From NCBI GenBank assembly GCA_963662275.1, contig OY759316.1, forward strand, positions 384,001 to 448,000: a stretch of 64,000 nucleotides of DNA, read 5' to 3'. How positions within the stretch are numbered: the first letter of the stretch is position 1; the number at the start of each line of letters is the position of its first letter. The stretch comes from Candidatus Cloacimonadales bacterium. Its GTDB lineage: Bacteria > Cloacimonadota > Cloacimonadia > Cloacimonadales > DAONDQ01. Below are positions 18,572 through 28,600 of the stretch, piece by piece. Under the pieces are notes generated by a model. The model saw nothing but the letters and a program-made list of their open reading frames with translations, ran no database searches and was not told the DNA's origin. Position numbers and translations under genes: made by a program.

Positions 18572-21500
18572 ATGAGTTATAACCAGATACCCCAGAATCC
18601 TTATATCGTTGGAAATCCCATCCAATCGAGCAGTATGTTTTATGGACGGAATGAAGACTTCCTCTATATCAAGGATAAGCTTCAAAAAGAAGCACGGGGT
18701 CTGATTATTACACTCGCTGGGGAAAGACGAAGCGGGAAGACATCCATCCTGTTCCAAATCCTGAATGGCAGGCTGGGTGAAGGGTATCTTCCCTTCTTTG
18801 TCGATATGCAGGCAATGGCTGCAGTGGAATCAGATGCCCAATTTCTCAGTCGTTTGGATAACGTAATACGAACTCAATTAACTATCCAGGTTTCCGAGCA
18901 GGATTATCAAGGCAATAAATGGTCAGCTTTCGAAAATTTCCTCCATTCAATTAAAGAAGCATATACAGAGAAGAAAATCATATTCCTCCTGGATGAGTAT
19001 GAAATCATCGAAAACAAAATTGATAAACAAATGATTACAACAGAAATGATCACTTTCTTTGCCAATCTGATGGAAAATCATAACATCTTTTTCCTGTTTA
19101 CCGGTTCTAACAAATTGGAAGACCGCAATGCCACATATTGGAAAACACTCTTCAGTAAATCACAATATCGAAAGATCACTTTCCTTCAAAAAAAGGACTG
19201 TCTTGATTTAATAACAAAGCCTGTTGAAAACTATGTGATCTATACTCCTGATCAATTGGATAATATCTGGCGTCTCACAGCAGGACAGCCATTCTATACT
19301 CAGATCTTCTGCCAGAATATGGTGGATAGGCTGCAATTGGAACAGCATAATGAAGTGCTGGACAATGACATCGATGCTGTCATTAAAGATATTGTAGATA
19401 ATCCCATGCCCCAGATGATCTATTTCTGGCAGGAATTGGATGCTAAACATAAACTGACATTATCCATTTTAGCAGAAGTAATCAATACTAAAGATGACTG
19501 GGTAGACTGTGATGATCTAATGAAATGCCTGAAAAACCAAAAGATCGATATCAATATCCATGCTTCAGATTTTCATACTGCCATGGAAGAACTCTATCAT
19601 AATGATATCTTAACCAAGAAAGGCAAACAATACCAATTCCGTGTCGATATCTTTCGCTTCTGGATCAAGCAGGAACAGAATGTCTGGAAACTGCTGAGTG
19701 AGATAAAAATTGATAAAGAAAAGAGACCAGTACATCGTTTAACTCTTTCTATTGGTTTTGTTCTTATGGTACTTTTGATTATAGGTGGTTTATTCAGAAT
19801 TTATATAGTACTGAAACCTACATCTGAATTTGGTATGAGCAAAAATCGTGAAGCAATAAATTTGTATAAGCAAGCGCAGGATAGATTTGCAGAAAACGAC
19901 ACAAGCTTTGCTCTTCAAAACGTAAATCGTGCATTGGCAGCAGATTCCTCTTTTTTCATGGCAAAAATACTCAAAGCAGATATTCTGAAAGCACAGAATA
20001 ATCTTCCAGAAGCTCTTAAAGTATATCAGAATGCAGAAAACCAATATTATTATAGTACCGATGTCGGGGAAAAAATCAGTTCTATTCCAATTTCTTTCAA
20101 AACTGATGATAAGCTAGCTCAATGGAGAACGACAGATACAGAGGATTATTTTATCTATGATATGCTTTATATTTCTCATGTACTTTCAAATGACATGATT
20201 AAAGCAAATAAAAATCATAATCTTTATATTTATAGCTTAAGAAAGAATAAGTGGTTTTCTTTTCAGAATTCTGTATGTTTAATGACTGATAAGAAGGCTA
20301 TTTTCTTTTATAATATCCAAAATCAAGCTCTTTGTAAATTCGATGTTAACCGAGGGAAAACAATATGGAAAACGAAATTAACAGGTTTATTACAGAACTC
20401 ACTTATACCTGATATATCTGAAACAAAACATTGTAAGTATTTGATACTAAGAGAAAGGAAGCAGCTTTTTCTTTTTAATCAGGATACGGGAAAACTTGTC
20501 ATTCGTAAAGTCTATCCAAATAATATACAGAACGTCTTTTTCCTATCCAAGGATAACCGACTTTGGGTTGTCTTTGACCAAATGCATCAAATCCTCAGCT
20601 TACCAGACTTGTCTTTTATCACCCAAAAGACTATTCCAAATATGGATGTTTCTTTTGAGAAGGTCAATAATACAATCATTAGCTCTAATGATTCCAACAA
20701 TCACAGAACAGAGCTATTAGAGTATAAAGAACAGAATGGAAAGTTAAATCGAATTACAAATATCTTTGCATTCAACAATGAAAGTGGAAATGGAACTATG
20801 TTAAGTAAAAAGCTGCTCTATGTTTTAAATAATAATAAACCGCAGGTTTTTAATTTACAAACCAAACAGCTATATTCAATGTCCAATTTGAGCCGTTATC
20901 AAATTCTAAGCATGTATTCTAATCAGTATGAGATTGGAAATTATGACGACAGAATATTTTTCTTTACAGAAAAAGACTTATTGATCTATAATTTAAAAAG
21001 TCATAAAGTGCAAGAAGTTATTGCTCTTAATAAACTGACAGATTCTACCACTTCTTCCATTCCTACAGACATAGAATTTGATAAATATCGAAAACGTATT
21101 ATTTGTCTCTATTCGGATAAAACAGAATCAAATAATGTACAAAGCCAAGTAATATCCATTGTGGACATAAAGAAGAAGAGTATCATATACAGTAATCGTT
21201 TGGACATTAATACCCCAATATCATTCATTCAAAAAAATATGTACTCTTTTATACAATATGACGTTCTTGCTTACGCGAATCTCATTTGGAATGAAATTAA
21301 CTTCGTTTTAATGAATCCTGATAATTATCAAGTATCTTTTGTTGCGAAACTTGATATGATGCTGATATATAAAAATAAACTATTTATCATGAAAAACAGA
21401 GATGTGCTCTGTCTCAATACATTCCCTCGCCAAGATAATAAATACCTTCAAAAAATACAGGAAAATATCATTCTGTTGAGTTTCCAATTAAAACAGCCAA

Positions 21501-22990
21501 AAAACGTAATTGAAAGCTTTGATAAATTGATCAAATATGCTAAAACAGTCAACGATGTGAATGTCCTAAGGACTATAATTAATACTGTTCAAATATTCAA
21601 ACCTGAGATGCTAGGATATTATGTAACAAAATGTGTAAATCTTTCAAACGACCTTAACTCTCTTAAACCAGATATTAATTATTCAATGCAGCTAATTCCT
21701 TCAGCACGATTTAAGGATAAATTACTACCACATAATAGCTATGATGAACTGGAAAAATTGAATGATGAATTGGTTGCTCGAGTAGATGAAAATTCTGTTT
21801 TTAGAATAAATAATAACCAACCAGATCTTCTATATCAGGAAACAAATACTAACAACATCTACGTTGCGAGTGGAATATCATCGTATATTCAGAATACGGA
21901 ACCACCTAAATTGAACATAGTGGACAGGCAAAATCATGTTTTTACACATAATTTACCCTTTCCAAAGCAGATGAGAGCTGCAATCAACTGGTATGATGAA
22001 AACAATATAGTATATATAACCCAGGAACAATTTGGAGACGGCTTTAATTATGAAATGAGGCCAATGGATATCTATACAGGTAATAAATCTATCATTTGGC
22101 AGAAATGGAGTAGCAGTCTTCATCTAATAGGCATGATTCAAAGAGAGAATAAAGTTGGTCTCATGTACTCTGATAGTCTTGCTAAAGTCTATTATGTCAA
22201 AACACCTCAAAGCAAATTAATCATTCCCGATTTTTCCCAAATTCTGTCTGTTAATAGTAAAGACATTGAAAATTCAGATCAGATAATGATGAATGAATTT
22301 CCTAAATCAGTAATCACATATATCTCAAGTGGTAAAAATACTTCTGTGACACTCAGTAAGGATGAACTGTCTTCTGCGCAATTCATGAATTTGACAAAAC
22401 AATATATCCAATGGTTTGATGTGAGAAATTCAGTTTTTGAACCTATCATTGAACTCGATAAACCATGTAGTATTAGTCATAATGAAATTGAGATTTATGA
22501 TTCAATGATAGACGATAAATATATTATTCAAAGGGGAAAAGATGTAGAAAATAACGCTTTCTTTAATATAGCTTTCAATTGTTTAACAGGAGCTGTTTCA
22601 GATTACCAAGTCCTACCTGCATCAAATGATCGTAGCTCAATTACATATAAAAATTACTCGTTAATGGAAAGCAGTCTCAATATAGGGATGGTAAATATTA
22701 AACTATATAAACAAACTGCGAATGGTAAATTAGCGCTACTTTGGGAAAAACAGATACCGTATGACTTTGGATATCTTTATAATATTCAATCTGGTATTTG
22801 TACTTTAATATGTAATCTTTCTACTAATAATATATCGAACCGCCATCTTGTTTATCTCTCTGAAACAGACGGTCATATCATCAAATCATTCCCTATTTTG
22901 AATGATATGCAGTATTTTTCATTCACAAACCAACCTCCTATCCTCTTTCATAAGAAACTTGGGTTTTATGAATTACCAGCAGTCAAGTGA
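18572..22990 (+). CDS. STAND-like ATPase - TM helix - TPR - putative beta-propeller receptor-like protein
   Basis: NPYIVGNP..FYGR, GERRSGKTS, FLLDEYE, TAGQPFYTQ; TM LSIGFVLMVLLIIGGLF; TPR-like ALQNVNRALAADSSF..; PQQ-like FDVNRGKTIWK, FNQDTGK, LSETDGHII. ATG 18572 after AGGAG. Confidence 0.8.
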   Translation: MSYNQIPQNPYIVGNPIQSSSMFYGRNEDFLYIKDKLQKEARGLIITLAGERRSGKTSILFQILNGRLGEGYLPFFVDMQAMAAVESDAQFLSRLDNVIRTQLTIQVSEQDYQGNKWSAFENFLHSIKEAYTEKKIIFLLDEYEIIENKIDKQMITTEMITFFANLMENHNIFFLFTGSNKLEDRNATYWKTLFSKSQYRKITFLQKKDCLDLITKPVENYVIYTPDQLDNIWRLTAGQPFYTQIFCQNMVDRLQLEQHNEVLDNDIDAVIKDIVDNPMPQMIYFWQELDAKHKLTLSILAEVINTKDDWVDCDDLMKCLKNQKIDINIHASDFHTAMEELYHNDILTKKGKQYQFRVDIFRFWIKQEQNVWKLLSEIKIDKEKRPVHRLTLSIGFVLMVLLIIGGLFRIYIVLKPTSEFGMSKNREAINLYKQAQDRFAENDTSFALQNVNRALAADSSFFMAKILKADILKAQNNLPEALKVYQNAENQYYYSTDVGEKISSIPISFKTDDKLAQWRTTDTEDYFIYDMLYISHVLSNDMIKANKNHNLYIYSLRKNKWFSFQNSVCLMTDKKAIFFYNIQNQALCKFDVNRGKTIWKTKLTGLLQNSLIPDISETKHCKYLILRERKQLFLFNQDTGKLVIRKVYPNNIQNVFFLSKDNRLWVVFDQMHQILSLPDLSFITQKTIPNMDVSFEKVNNTIISSNDSNNHRTELLEYKEQNGKLNRITNIFAFNNESGNGTMLSKKLLYVLNNNKPQVFNLQTKQLYSMSNLSRYQILSMYSNQYEIGNYDDRIFFFTEKDLLIYNLKSHKVQEVIALNKLTDSTTSSIPTDIEFDKYRKRIICLYSDKTESNNVQSQVISIVDIKKKSIIYSNRLDINTPISFIQKNMYSFIQYDVLAYANLIWNEINFVLMNPDNYQVSFVAKLDMMLIYKNKLFIMKNRDVLCLNTFPRQDNKYLQKIQENIILLSFQLKQPKNVIESFDKLIKYAKTVNDVNVLRTIINTVQIFKPEMLGYYVTKCVNLSNDLNSLKPDINYSMQLIPSARFKDKLLPHNSYDELEKLNDELVARVDENSVFRINNNQPDLLYQETNTNNIYVASGISSYIQNTEPPKLNIVDRQNHVFTHNLPFPKQMRAAINWYDENNIVYITQEQFGDGFNYEMRPMDIYTGNKSIIWQKWSSSLHLIGMIQRENKVGLMYSDSLAKVYYVKTPQSKLIIPDFSQILSVNSKDIENSDQIMMNEFPKSVITYISSGKNTSVTLSKDELSSAQFMNLTKQYIQWFDVRNSVFEPIIELDKPCSISHNEIEIYDSMIDDKYIIQRGKDVENNAFFNIAFNCLTGAVSDYQVLPASNDRSSITYKNYSLMESSLNIGMVNIKLYKQTANGKLALLWEKQIPYDFGYLYNIQSGICTLICNLSTNNISNRHLVYLSETDGHIIKSFPILNDMQYFSFTNQPPILFHKKLGFYELPAVK

Positions 22991-23044
22991 AGTACGAAGT
23001 TCGAAGTGCGAAGTACGAAGTTGCAGAACAAGAAGAAGGGAAGA
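22989..23044 (+). repeat. GAAGTNC heptamer tandem repeat plus purine tract
   Basis: GAAGTAC GAAGTTC GAAGTGC GAAGTAC GAAGTTG, overlapping the stop codon. Confidence 0.8.
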
Positions 23045-23115
23045 TTGATTGAATAGAGCACGTAGTGTGAAAGATAATAGCCTAGCGTAAGCTATGGGTA
23101 ATCATAGGAGAATGT

Positions 23116-25119
23116 ATGAGTTATAATCAGATACCTCAGAATCCTTATATCGTGGGAAATCCCATCCAATCGAGTTCAATGTTTTATGGTCGGAATGAAG
23201 ACTTCCTCTATATCAAGGATAAGCTTCAAAAAGAAGCACGGGGACTGATTATTACACTTGCAGGAGAAAGACGAAGCGGGAAGACATCCATCCTCTTCCA
23301 AATCCTGAACGGCAGGCTGGGTGAAGAGTATCTTCCATTCTTTGTGGACATGCAGGCAATGGCAGCAGTGGAATCGGATGCCCAGTTTCTCAGCCGTTTG
23401 GATAATGTGATCAGAACTCAGTTGACAATCCCTGTTGCAGAACAGGATTACCAAGGTAATAAATGGTCTGCATTCGAAAACTTCCTCAATTCTGTGAAAG
23501 AAGCATATCCGGGGAAGAAAATCATATTCCTCTTAGATGAGTATGAAATCATTGAAAATAAAATAGATAAACAAATGATTACGGCAGAAATGATCACTTT
23601 CTTCGCTAATCTCATGGAAAATCATAACATCTTTTTTCTTTTCACTGGTTCGACAAAGCTTGAAGATCGCAATGCATCTTATTGGAAAACACTCTTCAGT
23701 AAATCACAATATCGAAAGATCACTTTTCTCAAGAAACAGGATTGTATCGATTTGATCACTAAGCCTGTTGAGAATTTCGTTATCTATACTCCTGATCAAT
23801 TGGAGAATATCTGGCGTCTGACTGCCGGTCAGCCATTCTACACACAGATATTCTGTCAGAATATGGTGGATAGACTGCAATTGGAACAGCGTAATGAAGT
23901 ACTTGAAGAAGATATTGATGCTGTCATTACCGATATTGTTGACAATCCTATGCCCCAGATGATCTATTTCTGGCAGGAACTGGATGCCAAACATAAACTT
24001 ACACTTTCCCTCCTGGCAGAAATCAATACGACGAAAGATAAATGGGCTGATTGTGATGATTTATTAAAATGTCTGAAAAACCAGAAGATAGATATCAACA
24101 TTCACGCATCGGATTTCCATACTGCTTTTGAAGAGCTTTATCATAATGACATTCTATCAAAAAAAGGCAAACAGTACCAATTCCGTGTCGATATCTTCCG
24201 CTTCTGGATCAAACAGGAACAGAATGTCTGGAAACTACTCAAGGAAGTGAATCTTGATAAAGAAGCCAAACCTACACGGAATAACATCCTGGCAGTGAGT
24301 ATTGTTGGGCTCTTGGTAGTGATTTGTGCTGGTGTGCTTTTTTATGCGTTGAAGCCAAAACCAGCAACAATCCAGAGTTCCAAACCCACACAAAATACTA
24401 AAATCGAGGAAATATATGTGGATGGAGGTACGTTCACTATGGGTGACACAGCAGGTGGTGGAATTGAGGATGAAAAACCTACGCATCAAGTGAAGCTATC
24501 CTCTTTTTATATAGGGAAATACGAAGTTACCCAGGAGCAGTGGCAGGATGTCATGAACTATAATCCTTCCGTTTTCAGAGGTGAAAGCCTTCCGGTTGAG
24601 GCGATAAGCTGGTACGACTGCATTGAATTCTGCAACAAACTAAGCCTGCAGAAAAGATTAATGCCTTGTTATAGCGGAGATCGAAACAATATAACGTGCA
24701 ATTGGACTGCCAATGGTTACAGGCTTCTCACGGAAGCAGAATGGGAATATGCTGCCAAAGGTGGTAAAAAGAGCAAGGGTTACAAATATTCAGGCGATAA
24801 CGAACCGCAAAGTGTGGCTTGGTACGCTGCAAATTCCAGCAGCAGGACACACCAGGTTGGTCAAAAACGAGCAAACGAACTGGGATTATCTGATATGAGC
24901 GGTAATGTCTGGGAATGGTGCTGGGATAGGTTTAAAGCAGATTATTATAGCCTGAGTCCTATATCAAATCCGAGGGGACCAGAAGAAAAATCGTACCGGC
25001 TGCTGCGCGGTGGCTCCTGGTTCTTCAATGAATACGGTTGTCGTGTTTCTACCCGTAATTATCTTAACGAAGGAGACAGGCGAGATAACATCGGATTTCG
25101 ATTATGCAGAAGGAAATGA
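23116..25119 (+). CDS. STAND-like ATPase - TM helix - FGE-sulfatase (SUMF1/C-lectin fold) protein
   Basis: N-terminal ~375 aa near-identical to the preceding gene; TM ILAVSIVGLLVVICAGVLFYAL; GGTFTMG, EKPTHQV, YEVTQ, PVEAISW, RLLTEAEWEYAA, DMSGNVWEWC, RGGSW, GFRL. Confidence 0.92.
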   Translation: MSYNQIPQNPYIVGNPIQSSSMFYGRNEDFLYIKDKLQKEARGLIITLAGERRSGKTSILFQILNGRLGEEYLPFFVDMQAMAAVESDAQFLSRLDNVIRTQLTIPVAEQDYQGNKWSAFENFLNSVKEAYPGKKIIFLLDEYEIIENKIDKQMITAEMITFFANLMENHNIFFLFTGSTKLEDRNASYWKTLFSKSQYRKITFLKKQDCIDLITKPVENFVIYTPDQLENIWRLTAGQPFYTQIFCQNMVDRLQLEQRNEVLEEDIDAVITDIVDNPMPQMIYFWQELDAKHKLTLSLLAEINTTKDKWADCDDLLKCLKNQKIDINIHASDFHTAFEELYHNDILSKKGKQYQFRVDIFRFWIKQEQNVWKLLKEVNLDKEAKPTRNNILAVSIVGLLVVICAGVLFYALKPKPATIQSSKPTQNTKIEEIYVDGGTFTMGDTAGGGIEDEKPTHQVKLSSFYIGKYEVTQEQWQDVMNYNPSVFRGESLPVEAISWYDCIEFCNKLSLQKRLMPCYSGDRNNITCNWTANGYRLLTEAEWEYAAKGGKKSKGYKYSGDNEPQSVAWYAANSSSRTHQVGQKRANELGLSDMSGNVWEWCWDRFKADYYSLSPISNPRGPEEKSYRLLRGGSWFFNEYGCRVSTRNYLNEGDRRDNIGFRLCRRK

Positions 25120-25222
25120 AGAGCAGAAATTACGAATTACGAATTATGAATTGAAGAGTATAGGGGCAATACAAATTACAGAGAAAATACACACATATAG
25201 AACATACGGCTCTTAATTGATT

Positions 25223-25277
25223 ACCGAGGGACGACCAAGGGATGACCGAGAGATGACCGAGACTAAACCGAGACTGC
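25223..25277 (+). repeat. 5x degenerate 11-mer tandem repeat
   Basis: ACCGAGGGACG ACCAAGGGATG ACCGAGAGATG ACCGAGACTAA ACCGAGACTGC. Confidence 0.75.
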
Positions 25278-25386
25278 TCTCGGTAATGGCAGGCTGATGG
25301 TTGGTTTAGGTTTCAATTATAATTGGCTATTCATTTAGGTAGAACAATAGAATTAAGAATTGCGGATAGGCTTGCTGATGCTTGAA

Positions 25387-25657
25387 ACGGAACGCCTCAC
25401 CCCGTGAGGTGGCAAAAGGCACCCCGTGCGTTTTCTACTTTTTGCAGAGAACATGGGAGAGAAGGGAAGAAGGACTTGCAGAATGGAAGATGGAAGATTG
25501 TGCAGAGAAGAGCAGAGAATTTATTTCCGTAAATCCATACGAAGAATCTAACTATCCGCTTAGACTTTGCTTAGGGCAAGCCAATACCACTCGTTAATTG
25601 ACGGGGGTTAAAACGCACGGGGTGCGTTTTGCCACCTCACGGGGTGAGGCGTTCCGT
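25387..25657. mobile_element. MITE/REPIN-like element with 48-bp terminal inverted repeats
   Basis: 25387-25434 vs 25610-25657 match at 47/48; each arm holds two hairpins with CCC loops; lies between convergent genes. Confidence 0.65.
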
Positions 25658-25689
25658 CTGCAACTTTTAACTTTTAATTTTTAATTCTC

Positions 25690-28600
25690 CTAAGGCAGAT
25701 CCCTTTCCGCAGTGATTTTATAGAAATGTATGGGTCTGAGTCTTTCTTCTACGTAAGTAGGTGTTTCCGTGGTCATGACTAAATTGGGGAAAGTGCCATT
25801 CGGGTCTGTATCTACATAAATACGGAAACGTGAAACGGGCAGAGGATATGTCCAATTCAATTCAACTTTTTGCGTTTCGGTGTTGAAGCTGACGGTTGGG
25901 GTTGGTACGGGTGGCAGGGCATTCCAAATGACCTGTGATGGTCCGAAGGCATTATTCGTTTCAATTGCTTCCGCAACGCTTGCATTTTCATCGACAAAGG
26001 CATAGGAAGTCCAGGTTCCAGCCACATCAGAGCTGACCAGGACGAAAGTGACGGTTGCACTAGCCCAGGCATCGAGGGAGTTGATAGTCATATATTGATT
26101 TCCCACAGTTCCTGTGGTAGGGGCGGATGCCCTTGTATAATACAAATCCACACGTATAGGTGTGCCGACTCCCACAGCGCTATTGTTCATGATAGTCACA
26201 TCCACAGTATTCGCATCACAGACATAGAGATTATTGCTGTTATAGAACATACTCACGATCTTCAAATCAGGAAGCGGTCCATTCCAATTGATCAGGTTAT
26301 TGGGATCGCTCTCATAAGAAGCACCAGAGAAAGCTCCTGAAGCGCCGCTCATATTGATCAGTCCCTGGTTTGCTGCTTTGGTGACATTCTTGGCATTGCT
26401 GCCTGCATTGGTGGGGAATGAGGCATAAGGAATGGTGATCGTTGCATTGTTTTCTATTTTCAGCAAAGTACCGCCTGCTACACCATTTTGGAATGTACAA
26501 TAAGAGAAAGGATGAAGAGGATCCAGTATCGAACCGTTCATCAGGTAAACACCATTGGCAGTCATGTATTCAAAAGTGGCATATTCAGCACTTAAAGTGG
26601 CACCGCTTGCCAAGTAGAATAAGTAATTCCCTGTGGATTGATGCGTTATTTTTGCCAAATGCCCGGATGCTCCGATCACTTCCAGGTAACCACCTGTATT
26701 GACTGTCAGTGTCTTCGTATTTGCCACCTCAAGCCAGGCATCGGAATCAAGGCTTATTTTACCTGTGCTGTTAATGGTCACGTTGCCGGTTGTGCGGAAG
26801 TATTTATGATTCATAAGGAGTGTTCCTGAATTGATGGTCATGGTTCCGGTCATCGCTACGACCATAGGATATTGCATCAGCACAGTTGTCGCAGCGGTCT
26901 TTTCTATTGTGAGATTATAAATATAACTGGTACGGCAATCATAGAAAAAGTTCTGGCTGTTCCCGCCCTTGAGTTTGATCGTATTTAGCCTGCTGCCATT
27001 CCAAATGCCATTGACGCTCAAGTATACATCCCCTGAGAATTCATGAATATATCCTGTGGTTGAATCATACCATTCACCACGTGTAAGGGTCAGGTTACCT
27101 AATACTTTACAGAATTTGGTTGGGATGAATCTCCCTGCAGTTTTATTGACGATCAGGTTATAAGCATTTATCACTGATGCTGAGTTGGTGATAGTCTGAT
27201 CTGCTGCACCGTTGAAGGTCAAGGTGGAGGTTCCGGGATTGAATCCCTGGGTTTCATTATAAACTCCGTTTGAATCAGTCCAGTTACCTCCGACAGAGAT
27301 ATTCAAGCCCATATCGGTATTGGCATTCAAGCCTGCACCTGAGGATATGACCAAATTGCCTGTCACAGCAAGTGTGGAGTTGTCATTCATCTCGAATGTG
27401 CCATCTGTAATCGTAAGGTTACCACCAACAGTACAGGTCTGTCCTGCAGCTAGTTCAAAGGCATCTGTACTGGCGTTTGTATTATTCAGCACGAGATTAT
27501 TGAAGGTTTCAGAGGTCAGCAATCCAGTATCCACTGAATTGCCAGCAAAGGTAACGGTGTTACTAATTTCGAAGAAGCCACTCGTACCAACCGTATTCGT
27601 CCAATTGCCATAAACCGTAATCGCATAGCTGGATTGCAGGATACCGCTATAGATCTGCATATCTCCCCGAATTGTAATCGCTGATGTCTGAAGCGCAGTG
27701 TAGCCACGGGTCGAAGTTCGAAGTGCGAAGTCCGAAGTTCGAAGTGAAGAAGGAAGAGAAGAATCAGAGGAATTGCGAAGTTCGAAGTCCGAAGTTCGAA
27801 GTGAAGAAGGAAGAGAAGAATCATAGGAAGTTCGAAGTTCGAAGTTCGAAGTTCGAAGTGAAGAAGGAAGAGAAGAATCATAGGAATTGCGAAGTTCGAA
27901 GTCCGAAGTGCGAAGTGAAGAAGGAAGGTTTACCCCCCTGCCCCCCTCATCAAGGGGGGGTATTGGGTCAGCAGACCCATCCCCGGAACGGGCACCTTTG
28001 TTTATGCGGAGGGTGTAGAATGAACTGCCGGCTGCCATATCAAGTACACCGTCTGTAGTACCGGTCATTTCGATTGTACCACCGGCAGGAACGAAATTGG
28101 TTCTGTAGCAGTAAATATCTCCCACAACACTGATCACACCCCCGGAGATATCCGAATTGAAAGTATAGCTATTAAGAGGCAGTTTGATACCCCAGGATTT
28201 AAAATTGAGTTGTCCGCTGTCCATCAGGATGGAAGCATTTGCCAAATAGGCAAATTCATAGGCTTTGCTGCCTCCATAGATGTTGATGATACCGTTTTGA
28301 GTGATATACAGATTACCGTTGAGATCACACCAACTGCCTGTATCCTGGTGCAGTTCGATGGTTCCATTTGTTGCATAGTATTTTCCATAAATTCCAGCAT
28401 CCACCAGGTCATTCACGATAATTATACCTAATCCTGTTGCTCTCAATGTTCCGCCTCCATCGTAGGAAGCAATTGTGGAAGTAAGTCCGTAATGCTGTTC
28501 TACAGTGGCTGTGGAGCTATTGTTATTTAGCAAATTGATAGTCATGTTATCCTGGAAATAGACGATATTGGAAACAAAGAGTGTATTCCCAACTGTGCAG

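Noticed and set aside
27713..27927. 57-bp tandem repeat as a CRISPR array
   Set aside because: No unique spacers; it lies in-frame within a CDS.
27516..28058. Alternative-frame ORFs of 121 and 124 aa
   Set aside because: By-products of a stop-free tandem repeat inside the protease gene.
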